From positions 51,621,810 to 51,685,809 of the forward strand of contig NC_052152.1 in the NCBI RefSeq assembly GCF_902713615.1: 64,000 nt of DNA, in the 5' to 3' direction. The notes below the pieces were generated by a model, which did no database searches, was not told the origin of the DNA, and worked only from the letters and a program-made list of their open reading frames with translations. Source of the DNA: Scyliorhinus canicula (taxonomy: Eukaryota). A program made the position numbers and the translations under genes. How positions within the stretch are numbered: position 1 is the first letter of the stretch; each line of letters begins with the position of its first letter. Shown in pieces: positions 26,871-39,217 of the stretch.

Positions 26871-29800
26871 ATATAGATTCCAATAATTTTATCTATTTAG
26901 TTTCCATCTAGGAGAAATTTATGCTAATGTTTTGTCATTTTTACATTGCTCAATAAGTTTCTGCACTTTTTAAAAACATATAGACGAAAGAACATTGTCA
27001 CCACACTGTGAAGGTGTTGTGCAGTTTCTAATGCTCCTAAGAATAGCATACCCTAAAGAAAGTTCACCATGTTGACCAACTGGTGATTAACGCTTTTGGT
27101 TACCACCTTAAATTGGACGTTAATTTGTGATAACACTGTGGTCACTGAAACAGTGATGTTGTTGAGAAAGCTGTGTGGTTCACCCCCTCCAGCTTTCCTG
27201 TTAAGACTTCAGCTAATGACAATTCTACTTTAAAAAAAGACTAGAACTCATTAGGACACCAGAATAATGCTGTTTATGTGAACATATTTTTTGAAGTGTT
27301 GTGTCATCCCTTTGATCAGTTTGTTGCATGTACCAGATAGATGCCAACTTGAAAACCACAGTGTGGACCTTGCATACCTGTAGATTCTCAGTTTGGTCAA
27401 AGGACGTAATCACCAGCCTACACTGAAAGATCACAAGTTTCAAATCGCTGCTACACTTTTGTCAGATAGCCTCTTAGATTTGCTATGCTCAATATCTACA
27501 GGCTTTTAAGTGCTTTGGCCTAGAAGTTAACCACAAATCTGATCAAATTTTATTCAAATTGAGCTTTTAAACCAGTATAAGAAAGAAAAACAACTGCAGT
27601 CCACAATGTAATCAACTTTATTTATTTTTCACTTCCTGTCCTTTCGACGATTTTTTGGCATGGACTTTGCATGTTGGCGATGAGCACTGTCTTTAACCAA
27701 AGTGCACAGTTCCACCAGAGAAACATCAGTGAATAGATTTACAATAGATAAAGAGTGCATTCATTGTCGGAGCAAGATATAACCTAATCAAAGTGTTGTT
27801 CTAATAAACGTAATAATGCATTGTAATGTCCCCTCACACCCCACCCCCATTGCCCACTGGCAGAAGACATTGCTGCAAAGTTACTGAAGAAAGCAACACA
27901 AAGTAAAACTCTGCATCAAGGTTTCATCTTCTATAGCTGTGGATGTGTGGAAGAAAGTGAAGGTAATTGATATCCAACTATTTTGTTGAAAAAGTAACTG
28001 GGTGATTGGTTGAGAAAAGAGTGGAGATTATGTTATTGGTATGTACTGAAATCAAACTACCCTTGGGACAGGGAACATGCTTTAGTCATGTAAAGGCTGG
28101 CAGCTGGTGTGGATGCTATTCTTTGCTTAGCTAAACAAAATAAATGCCTTTAAATTGAATATTTAATTTTCTGATTATTGAGATTATTTCACCCTTTTGG
28201 TTTCAATACAACGAGAACTCAGACCAAGAATCTGAAACCCAAGTTACACAGGTGCCTTTGAATTCATAAAAATTCAGAAGATTTTTATCAAAACTCAATC
28301 TCCCCAAACAGTTAATGATGAAAGTCTGGAAGTTGCTTTCCACAATAAGCTGTCCTGTGAAATCCGTTAAACAGCGTCTGGATTCACACCCAAATGTATT
28401 GAATGAGGTGAAGTTCCTGTATAGAAACATAGAATCCCTACAGCACAGAAGGAGGCCATTCTGCCCATCGGTTCAACACCAACCCTCTGAAAGAGCACCT
28501 GAGCTAGACCCACTCCCCATCTTATTCCTGGAGTTCCATAACTGCACCTGACCTTTTGGACATTAAGCGACAATTTAAAATGGCCAATCCACATAATCGG
28601 CACATCTTTGGACTGTGGGGAAAACCGCAGCATCTAAAGGAAACCCATGCAGACACGAGGAGAAAGTGTAAACTTCACACAGACAGTCACTGAAGGTCAG
28701 AATCAAAACTGGGTCCCTGGCACTGTGAGGCAGCAGTGCTAACCACTGTGCTATCGTGCCATTCTTGGTATTTGGTACCTGTATTGTATATATGGACTAA
28801 GCTATGCACAAAAGAATAGAGCTTGTCCAGTCTAGTCTAAGAACCCTTCCAATGGCACATTAAGTTTTAGTTACATTCAAAAACCTCCTTGGCACTGAAA
28901 ATTTACTGTTGCAAGTTTGGAGACTCCATTTTTTTATCTTTTAATTATTAGTGGAGATGTAAAAGACATTTAAATACTTTAACTTTTTTTCTAAATCTTT
29001 TACATCTATCTCCTAATCTAAGCTTTATTTTCCCACTTTATTTTATTTTCTGTACATCAATTTGAAAGTAAATTAAATGTTCTACCTTATTTTTCCAGAT
29101 GTGGGCTACTAATTTCAGTGTGATTTTTCAGTTTGAATCTCCTTTTGCTTGTGAAAGGTAGTTGCCATTCATTACTTTATTGTAATGATTGCACAAGAGA
29201 AGCAAAAAGATCAACACTCGTGATGGATTCCAACCCTTCCTATCCCTCCTCCATCCAGTTTGATGACGTGTCCCTACCCAAAATGTTAATCTGCTTTCAC
29301 TTCCATCACACATGGATAGGCCCGTTCCACACCACCAGTGTACCCTCTTACAAAAATATATAGGAGGTATAAATTTAGTGAAGTCAATGTTCACTTCAAA
29401 ATTTGTAAAGGAGAAAGAGATGTTTCATTGACATTCACTGTGGGAGTGTTACGACCAAACAGAAAGTCATAGGGAATTTGTTACATATGCAAATAAACAT
29501 AAGCCTTTTGCAAAGTAGCCACCTATCCTGTGTCAGACTCCCCAGTATGGAAGAGACTTTTGAACTCTGAACTAATCTAGGCAAGAGAGTTTTGGTCGCA
29601 GGTTAAACACATAAGCAAGTATATACTAATTGTCTCTCACCATATTCAGTAATGCTTTTAAGATTCACTTGTTGTGTAGTAAAACTTTTTAAAAATAGAA
29701 TGAATATCATCTCACCAAGTGTTAATTTGATCCACCAATAAAAGAAGACATTGGGCATGTTTTTCAACCTATTGGCATGGGAGATTGGCACCTTAAATTA

Positions 29801-29955
29801 GACCATTTAACATCTATTTTGTGCCTGGGAAACAGGTGCAATATTGATGATTTCATCTGTACTAAGGGTAAAAATTCAAAATGTATGTCACACAATTTAA
29901 AGAAATTTCAAGAAAATTATTAAATATCTCTTCCTGTCCTTCTGGAATGGAATTT

Positions 29956-30177
29956 TTTTTTTAAAATTAGAGTACCCAATTATTTTTCCAATTAAGGGGC
30001 AATTTAGCTTGGCCAATCCACCTACACTGCACATCTTTGGGTTGTGGGGGTGAAACCCATGCAGACACAGGGAGAATGTGCAAACTCCACACGGACAGTG
30101 ACCCAGGGCCGGGATTCGAACCTGGGTCCTCAGCGCCGTGAGGCGGGAGTGCTAACCACTGCGCCACCATGCTGCCC
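29956..30177 (-). mobile_element. A-tailed V-SINE
   Basis: V-domain and 14-bp TSD ctggaatggaattt. Confidence 0.85.
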
Positions 30178-31174
30178 CTGGAATGGAATTTGAACTTTGA
30201 CTTTCCATCCACTTGTATCTCAATCTGTGTTTACAGTTTACAACAACAACGTACATTAATATAATGTTTTTAACATCGCAAAAACAAGATTTTGACAACT
30301 AATTCAATATTCTAACAGATACTTCCTGATCCCAGACTCTGCAATGCTCAATACTTATTTATCAACCCAGGCACGGCCATCACCATAATTAAAGCAAAAT
30401 GCCGCAGATGTTGGAAATCTGAAATTAAACCAGAAAATTCTGGAAAAACATAGCAGTTTACATTTCCATTTGGGACGTATGCTATTTACTGCAGTTCTGT
30501 GCTTTTCATATCCAGATTTCTGGATTGGATTTGGATTTTGTTTATTGTCATGTGTGCGGAGGTACAGTGAAAAGTATTTTTTTTGCGAGCAGCTCAACAG
30601 ATCATCAAGTACATGAAAAGAAAAGGAAATAAAAGAAAATACATAATAGGGAATGTTAGTCTTAGAATTAAATTTTAAAAGTTTAGAATGAGTGTAAGAT
30701 AAGTAAAAAGAGGATCTGTTAGGGAGAGATCGCAGAGTCGCCAGGCACCGGCGCCATCTTGTGCATTTGAAGCTTTCGGCTTCCCTCGGTCTTTATCACC
30801 TGTGATTTTAATTTTACCCTGCCTGTTATACCTCTGAGAATTGAGAGTAGAGCTGCAGGATACTGGAGACAGAGTTGAATGTCCCAAGCACATAAGAAAT
30901 AGGAACAGAAGTTGTACATTCCAACATTCATTAAGTTTGTGATTCAACTTCAACTCTACCTTTCTGCACTATCCCCCTTATCATTTAATTCCCTTAGCAC
31001 ACAGAAAACCATCAATGTCTGCCCTGGATATCCACAGCCCCAGTGGGAGGGTAGATAATTACTAATCCTAAAATCCAGAACTGCTTGAATAAAGGTATGT
31101 CTCCTCATCTCAGTCCTAACTGGTTGAGCTCTTACTCCGAGGCTGTGATCCTGAATTCTAGATTCCCCAGCTAG

Positions 31175-32807
31175 AACATAGAACATAGAACGATACAGCG
31201 CAGTACAGGCCCTTCGGCCCACGATGTTGCACCGACATGGGAAGTCAAAAACTAAAGGCCATCTAACCTACACTATGCCATTATCATCCATATGCTTATC
31301 CAATAAACTTTTAAATGCCCTCAATGTTGGCGAGTTCACTACTGTTGCAGGTAGGGCATTCCACGGCCTCACCACTCTTTGCGTAAAAAACCTACCTCTG
31401 ACCTCTGTCCTATATCTATTACCCCTCAATTTAAGGCTATGTCCCCTCGTGCTAACCACCTCCATCCGCGGGAGAAGGCTCTCACTGTCCACCCTATCTA
31501 ACCCTCTGATCATTTTGTATCCCTTTATTAAGTCACCTCTTAACCTTCTTCTCTCTAACGAAAACAACCTCAAGTCCATCAGCCTTTCCTCATAAGATTT
31601 TCCCTCCATACCAGGCAACATCCTGGTAAATCTCCTCTGCACCCGTTCCAAAGCTTCCACGTCCTTCCTATAATGAGGCAACCAGAACTGTACGCAATAC
31701 TCCAAATGCGGCCGTACCAGAGTTTTGTACAGCTGCAACATGAGCTCATGGCTCCGGAACTCAATCCCTCTACCAATAAAGGCCAACACACCATAGGCCT
31801 TCGTAACAACCCTATCAACCTGGATGGCAACTTTCAGGGATCTATGTACTTGGACACCGAGATCCCTCTGCTCATCCACACTACCAAGAATTTTACCATT
31901 AGCCAAATATTCCGCATTCCTGTTATTCTTTCCAAAGTGAATCACCTCACACTTCTCTACATTAAACTCCATTTGCCACCTCTCAGCCCAGCTCTGCAGC
32001 TTATCTATGTCCCTCTGCAACCTGCAACATCCTTCCACACTGCCTACAACTCCACCGACTTTAGTGTCATCTGCAAATTTACTCACCCAACCTTCTGTGC
32101 CCTCCTCTAGGTCATTTATAAAAATGACAAACAGCAATGGCCCCAGAACAGATCCTTGTGGTACGCCACTCGTAACTGAACTCCATTCTGAACATTTGCC
32201 ATCAACCACCACCCTCTGTCTTCTTTCAACTAGCCAATTTCTGATCCACATCTCTAAATCACCCTCAATCCCCAGCCTCCATATTTTCTGCAATAGCCGA
32301 CCATGGGGAACCTTATCAAATGCTTTACTGAAATCCATATACACCACATCAACTGCTTTACCCTCGTCTACCTGTTCAGTCACCTTCTCAAAGAACTCGA
32401 TAAGGTTTGTGAGGCATGACCTACCCTTCACAAAACCATGCTGACTATCCCTAATCATATTATTCCTATCTAGATGATTATAAATCGTATCTCTTATAAT
32501 CCTCTCCCAGACTTAACCCACAACAGACGTGAGGCTCACCGGCCTATAGTTACCTGGGTTATCTCTACTCCCCTTCTTGAACAAAGGGACCACATTTGCT
32601 ATCCTCCAATCCTCTGGCACTATTCCTGTAGCCAATGATGACATAAAAATCAAAACCAAAGGCTCAGCAATATCTTCCCTGGCTTCCCAGAGAATCCTAG
32701 GATAAATCCCATCAGGCCCGGGGACTTATCTATTTTCACCTTGTCCAGAATAGCCAACACTTCTTCCCTATGCTCCTCAATGCCATCTATTCTAATAGCC
32801 TGGGTCT
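31175..32807 (-). mobile_element. Young 5'-truncated CR1-clade LINE with an open 396-aa RT ORF (31268-32458), nested in an older CR1
   Basis: QHGFVKGRSCLTNL, GVPQGSVLGPLLF and KFADDTK motifs. (TTCTATG)n 3' tail. cagctag duplicated at 31168-31174 and 32808-32814. Confidence 0.92.
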
Positions 32808-34250
32808 CAGCTAGTGGAAACAACTTTCCAGTGCCTACCCTGTCAAACTCGCTAAAAATTGTATTTCATTTCAATAAGACCATGACCACTCTCATTTGTC
32901 TAAACTCAGTCTTTTTCCTTATGTTGCTTCCTTCGAAGGCAGGGATATCCTTCCTTAGGTAAGGAAACCACTACTTGAAATGTCCAAGGCCGTCTATACT
33001 TGCAGAGGCCTTATTTACCTGTATGCACTGACTCCTTTATCATGAAGACTACTAACATACCATGTTCTGACCTAATTGCTTTCTGTACCTGTGTGTTAAC
33101 TTTCTAGGATTTGTGAGCAAGGTCAACAGAAATCTCTCTAAAAAAATTTTTTTTAAATATTTTTATTGCCATTTTCAATTATACCTAATAAAGCTTTGCA
33201 TCCAATATTTACAGTTTGTGCAGGTCTTATGTACATGCAATCATTCCTGATACTCAACCCTGCCCCTCTCCCTGCCCCCCACCCTGACCCCTCCCTGGTA
33301 TCCCCCTCTTTTGTTCTGGGGCTCTCTAAAAATTAACATTTTCCAGTCTCTCGTCACTTAAAAATTGCTGTTTTCTAATTTTCCTACAAAAGTGAATTGC
33401 TCCACACATCCTGATATTATATTCCGCCTGCCATGTTCTTGTCCACATAACTTGCCTATGTTCCTTTTTTAGCCACTTTGTGTCCTCCTCAGTTCATTTT
33501 CCCATCCCAGCTGCAGCTCACACGGCTGTGTTCAAGTTCCACTCCAGAGGCTTGATCACAAATTCTAAAGTGATACTCCAGTGCAGCACTATCGGTGGTG
33601 TCTTCTCTTTTATGCAATTTTAAACTGAGCCCTGTCTGTTTTCTAAGGTACATTCCAAGCCATTATTTTGAAGAAAGCAGGTGAGTTGGCCCTGGTGTCC
33701 TAGTCAATATTTATCCTTCAATAAATATCACAAAGACAGACTATCTGTTGCTGTTTGTGGGAGCTGCTTGTGCATAAATTGACTGTTTTTTTTTACATTA
33801 CACCATTGACTACATTTCAAAAAGTGCTTTGGAGATTGTGAAAGGTGCTGTTCAATGCAGTTTTCTTTCCTATTTTTCCAACATTGTATCATTACAATTT
33901 TTCATTTCATTAGCAAACTTGGATACCTACACTCACCCCTTTATCAAAGTCCTGCCTTTTCCCCACACAATATCCAGCATCGGTATCAGCATTGTCCAGT
34001 GTTGTCTTTGGCTATTTTTCTTCAAACTCAAGTTGTTCAGAAAGTGCATGAGGATTCCTGCTGTGATAGTTATTGTGAAAAGGAAGTTAGATGCGTTCAG
34101 TATAGTTCTCAGTGCATAGAGCATGTCAGTATCTGCGTGGAGCTAATACTGATTCCTTGCCCCATACATTGAACGATTAGTTTAATTATCTTGGATGTTG
34201 AATTCCCTCCTGTAAATGTTTTCTAGCAGACTCCTCTCCAAGAGTCAGGC

Positions 34251-34326
34251 TGTGGTAATTGGTGGAATTGCCCACAATCGACCCCCGAATGACAAGTCAC
34301 GTGACGCACAGACTGCTACCACCACA
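34251..34326 (+). promoter_or_regulatory. Putative proximal promoter of the V-C1 gene
   Basis: Palindromic E-box GTCACGTGAC (34296-34305) flanked by RUNX-type cores TGTGGT (34251) and ACCACA (34321), 75-150 bp upstream of the ATG. Motif match only. Confidence 0.4.
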
Positions 34327-34400
34327 ATGATCTTCGTGATCTTAAATTTGCACAGAATAACCAACAGCTCTGAACTACCGGTGACCAGGTTTTCAGTAAT

Positions 34401-34440
34401 ATGGGTGCAGTTGTTCTCAAATTCTGCCTCTTTGTCCTAG
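34401..34440 (+). CDS. IgSF V(J)-C1-TM gene, exon 1 (leader)
   Basis: ATG GGT GCA...CTA G|gtaagg. MGAVVLKFCLFVL is a hydrophobic signal peptide followed by a phase-1 intron. Confidence 0.85.
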
Positions 34441-34536
34441 GTAAGGATTCACTTGAACTCCGGTTATCAGTAATTCCAGTTGTGCTCAGATTATTTGGGT
34501 TTTCCGTTCCTATTTGTTATATTGTTTTTATTCCAG

Positions 34537-34878
34537 GGCCTGTTGTGGGTCTGAAAGTGATTCAGTCTCCTCCAGTTCTGTCCCTCCTGACAGGACAGAC
34601 AGCTCGAATTAACTGCAGCCTGACACCCGGAGAGGAGAGGGTGGGTTTGGTGAGATATTATTGGTGGAGGACAAGAGACAATCCTGACAGCAGAGGCAAT
34701 GGATACAAGCATTACCTCCAGAAAAGCTCTCGCCTGTCCCTATCTGGGACTGAACATTCACTCGTCATTCGGGAGGTGATTGTGAACGATTCGGACATTT
34801 ACCACTGCCTGGTTCTTAGAGAGGAAATTCGGCCCTATAAAACCATCATGGGGGAAGGAACAAAGCTGAACGTTCAAG
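34537..34878 (+). CDS. IgSF V(J)-C1-TM gene, exon 2 (V-set domain with germline-joined J-like G strand)
   Basis: ttttattccag|GG ... CAAG|gtaatt, 342 nt. Reads LKVIQSP..ARINC..YYWWR..DSDIYHC..MGEGTKLNVQ, giving the B-strand Cys, C-strand Trp, DxxxYxC and GxGTKL motifs. Confidence 0.95.
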
Positions 34879-34889
34879 GTAATTAGAAA

Positions 34890-35115
34890 ATAACACAAAG
34901 TACTCAGCAGGTCTGACAGTCTCTGTGGAGGGAGAAACAGAGTTAAAGTCGACTTTTGGTCAGAACTGGAAGAAGGTAGAGATTTAATCGTTTCACAGGT
35001 TAACAAGGTCATCTATCTGACATGTTAACTCCGTATCTCGCTCCACAGATGCTGCCAGACTTTCTGAGTTTTTCCTGCCTTTTCTGTTTTAATTTCAGAT
35101 TTCCAACATCCGCCC
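34890..35115. repeat. Fold-back (inverted-repeat) dispersed element at the start of the V-C1 intron
   Basis: actcagcaggtctgacagtctctgtggag..aacagagttaa is mirrored by ttaactccgtatctcgctccacagatgctgccagactttctgagt. Half-copies lie at about 23660 and 30380. Confidence 0.55.
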
Positions 35116-36056
35116 TATTTTTTCTTTTGACTCTGGGTCTGGACAGAGGGGGATAGGGTGAAATCCGGAGGAAGGGTCCAGAACTCCAGGATTTTAAGAT
35201 GAAAGAAGAGGCCACAGCGGGTCTTGTTGTTTTACCTCCCATGTGGTTAGGATCTGGAGTGTACTGCCAGAGAACGTGCTGAAGAAAGATTCAATGGTGA
35301 TTTTCCAAAGAGAATTGGACAATTTTTTGAAAAGAAACCTTTTCAGGGCCACTGAAAAAGGGCTGGAGTGGGATTGGCGGAATTGTTCTTTCAGACAGCA
35401 GGGGCAGGATGGGCCAAATGGCCTCCCCCTGTGCTGTGACCATTCTATGATTCTCTGATGAGATGAAGGGACATTGAAATAGCTCAATGTGTGGGAAATA
35501 AACAGAAATAACTCCAGACACTAATCTGACCTGATGTGACATCCTCTGTACACTGGGCCGGGAGTGAGTGTGCCCGGGTTTAGCTTTAATGTCCCAATAA
35601 CAATTAAACAACAGGGACTTTCATATCCTTCTCAAAACCTCGTTTGAAGAAGAACAGACACAAGTCTAAGCTGGTGTAATACTGACAGCAATCCTAACAG
35701 CGGAATATGATTATATTAAAAAAGCGAATTGCAAAGAGTGAAACTGGTCTTTGGAAAATAATTATATTTACTTGTTTACCAGCTCTAACAAACACAGACC
35801 CAATTTGTGCCGCAATGACACTTATTGTAAGGTCACTGGATATTATTTATATTATTCTGGATCTTATTTCATGCGCGTTTCATTTTCTCTTTTTAAAATT
35901 TGAATATTGATTTTTTTTTTAAAACACTAATCAAATTGATTCTACAGTTTCCCATTTAGTTCAGATTTGTACAAGTTTAAATCTTTGCTACAGTTGTCCG
36001 CTATTTATTTGCTACAATGAATATTGATAGAAGGTGTGTTTTTATTGTTTATTTAG

Positions 36057-36356
36057 CTAAACCTGAAGTCTCTCTCTCTGCGGATCCCGACAGTGAAGTT
36101 ATTGGGATTCGGGCTCTGACTTGTTTGGCAGCGGGATTTTTCCCCAGTGACCTGAACATTTCCTGGATTGTAGAGGGAAATGTCTCCTATCAAACTGAAC
36201 CAGGCTCGCTGACAGTGAACAGGGACAACACCTACAACCTGAGCTCCCGGCTGCAGATTACAGACACTCACTGGGACCAGGGAACCGCCGTCATTTGTGA
36301 GGTTCAGCACATCACACACAGTGAGCAAGTGAGGATAAGTTTCAGACAAAGCAGAG
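36057..36356 (+). CDS. IgSF V(J)-C1-TM gene, exon 3 (C1-set domain)
   Basis: tgtttatttag|CT ... AGAG|gtacgt, 300 nt, phase 1/1. Reads KPEVSL..LTCLAAGFFPSDLNISW..NRDNTYNLSSRL..VICEVQH, the C1 hallmarks shared by Ig, TCR and MHC. Confidence 0.95.
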
Positions 36357-38574
36357 GTACGTTATTCACAGAAATGAAGAAGAGATAGCAACTAAGATAA
36401 GGAAGAATAAGTGTGCTTATGACAGATGTCAGGTTGAAATCACAGCTGTGAACCAAGAGGAATGTAGAAGGCTTAGAGAGGAGGCGAACAGGCACATTAG
36501 AGAAGCGAAGAGGGATTATGTGGAAAGGCTGGCAGCCAACATAAGGGGGAATCCCTAAATCTTCCATCGGCATATAAATAGTTAATAGGTGGTAAAAGCA
36601 GGAGGGCCGTTTAGGAATCAAGAAGAATTTACACATGGCTAAGGTATGAAATAAATACTTTGCATTTGCCAAGGAGGTGGATGCTATCTAGGTCATGATG
36701 ACAGAGGACAAAACTGCCACCAAAAGGGTTCAAAACTGATAAAGAGGAAGTGTTGAACAGGCTTTGGGCACAGGTATAATTGGTATTGTTCCATCACTCT
36801 ATATTACTACTTTAGTGCAGATAAATTATGTTAATGCCCAACAGGTTTATTTGGAATCACTAACTTTTGGAGCTTTGCTCCTTCATCAGGTGAGCTCCGA
36901 AAGCTTATGATTCCAAATAAACCCGTTGGACTTTAACCTGGTGTTGTCAGACGTCTTACTGTGCTCACCCCAATCCAATGCCGGCATCTCCAGATTAATT
37001 ATAGGCTAGAAGCAGAACATTTTGAGCAATCACTGAGGAAATGAACAATGTTTTATGGAAATTTTCTGTTGCTCTCCTCTTATCATAACAACACGGCTAA
37101 ACATTATGGCCTGGTTTATTCACTCAGCCAGTAAAGAATAACCAATTCCGTTCCAGCTGCACCATTTACCATGAAATCGAATTGCTTCCGACATTACTAC
37201 ATTGTCGCGCTTTACATACTTAGACTGTTATAGGGCTTCTAGCACAATCAGTTCCAGTCATACGTTATGATTTAAAAAATCCTCCCAGATAATAACCAAC
37301 ATTTAACTCGGTCACCACAACCCACCAAATTACTATCGGTTAGTTAATTGAAGAGTACAATTTAATTTTTAACTAATTAAAATGTGACCACTTAAGTTTC
37401 AAAATGTGCAATTAAATTATGCTGCAGCCCTTCATCTCAGAAAATGGGACAAGCGACAATTAAAAGCAATTTATTTTACATATCGTTATGAAAAACGTTT
37501 TTATCAATAAAATACAAATGGCATAACTGATAATATAGGTATTAAATGCGTTATTGTATATTTATGGTTAACAAGAGAAGGACAAAAGTGTAGAAGTAGA
37601 AGCGGTTGACCTCCTTCCAGCAATGTTCCCTTTCCAATGTGAGCGAGAATGGTCCCACGTTAATCAAGCTCTCATTGAAATATACAGGCCGCTCACAACT
37701 TCGTCAATTGTCAGGACAAATTCCCAGCATGATTTAAACATTTTCTAATATAAGGTGTCCCGTGAATTGGAACGTAGTGTTCAGGAGTCTGTTACATGTG
37801 CCACACAAAGAAAAGTGAAAGTGAACATTATTTTTGTATTTGCTAACCGGTGATATTGACAGGCGTGCATTGGGAGGAGAGGGCAGAAACATGCTCCCAA
37901 GGGACAGCAAGTAGGTAACTGAAGCTAAGCAGAGAGATGGTCAGCAGCCTGGACAATAAAAACACACTGGGCGGATGGAAAGTTGGATCGATAGCCAAAC
38001 CGTAAAAAAAAAAGATGGTTCTGGAGTAACATATTGAGAAACATTTTCCACATAGTGCTGTCAGTCAGTCGATTTGAACCAGCTGGACATTCAAGGGTAA
38101 CCATACAGAAGATTTAAACTTTTACCTGTGCGACCCAGAAGACAACTGCTTCTCCATTTAAAGTCACATTCAGTCTTGTGTTCTATTTGTACCTACAAAC
38201 TCAACCAACATTTTGACAGATGCTGTTGTCTATGTTCAAGTCAAGTTAAAATTCAAACGCTTATAAATATTTCACATGGTGTGAAGCACAGGATTTTGGC
38301 TGTACTAAACAGCCAGATTAATGTCATTTGTGGTATTATTTCATAAATCACCCCCCAAAGTCACAGTTTTTTAATCTTCCTGTACCCGTTTCTTCTCAGT
38401 AAATCATTTGGTCAGATTGACAGTTTAGCGATTCAGACGCTGAAGGCCCACAAAGACCATACTGTCTCTGTTGGAGTGTGTCACATTGAAACTTTTAAAT
38501 CTATTTTGTGTGTCGGTGCACAGAGGGGGATTAAAACAGAGACACACTGAAAGCCAGTTAGGTGTCTAACCATA

Positions 38575-38752
38575 AATGAAATGAAATGAAAATCGCTTAT
38601 TGTCTCGAGTAGGCTTCAATGAAGTTACTGTGAAAAGCCCCTAGTCGCCACATTCCGGCGCCTATCCGGGGAGGCTGGTACGGGAATCAAACCGTGCTGC
38701 TAGCCTGCTTTTAAAGCCAGCGATTTAGCCAAGTGAGCTAAACCAGCCCCTA
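38575..38752 (-). mobile_element. Short tRNA-headed SINE with (TTTCA)n tail (related copies at about 9040-9170, 43300-43450 and 48225-48340)
   Basis: The shared block gcttattgtcacaagtaggctt..gaagttactgtgaaaagcccctagtcgccacattcc recurs across these copies. Confidence 0.6.
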
Positions 38753-39217
38753 AAGTTGCATGAGTTTTAATTAAGACTGAAAGTTTACAAATACTGGAGG
38801 GTAGTGAGAATGTACCTTGTTCAAATTAGTGAGAAAACTGTTGTGGGGAAAATGTGATGCGTTATTTTACATTAACATGGGGTTAAATTGATCAGATTAA
38901 AATAGGCAAATCAAAGCGCCGCTGTATCCCTTCCATCTGGCACAGTAAAGCAGCTTTTCTTGTCTTAACAAGTTGATGCTCGATCAACCTCACCTAAGAT
39001 TAAAGATGGGCCCGCAAAATAAGTATCAAGTTCGGACCACTAAAGATATTCCGAGTTATGCTAGTTGATCTATTGTAGCATTGAGTAGTCGTCAGTAAAA
39101 GATGCTCATTTAGCTAAGAATCTGAAACTTTGGAAATATCTATGACAACCCTCTATGTTTGATAAAAAAGGATCAGAAGAATTTCTTATGGGTATGTTGG
39201 CAAGTTGCTACATCCAG

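Noticed and set aside
27357-27400. CACAGTG heptamer as a recombination signal
   Set aside because: No nonamer at a 12- or 23-bp spacing and no adjacent V or J coding segment.
29128-29394. Trp-rich 88-aa minus-strand ORF and a possible plus-strand exon at 29099-29157
   Set aside because: No recognisable domain or partner exons, so it cannot be supported.
38429-38475. Possible hinge micro-exon between the C1 and TM exons
   Set aside because: At 47 nt it would break the phase-1/phase-1 frame. The stronger upstream acceptor at 38399 runs into a TAG stop.
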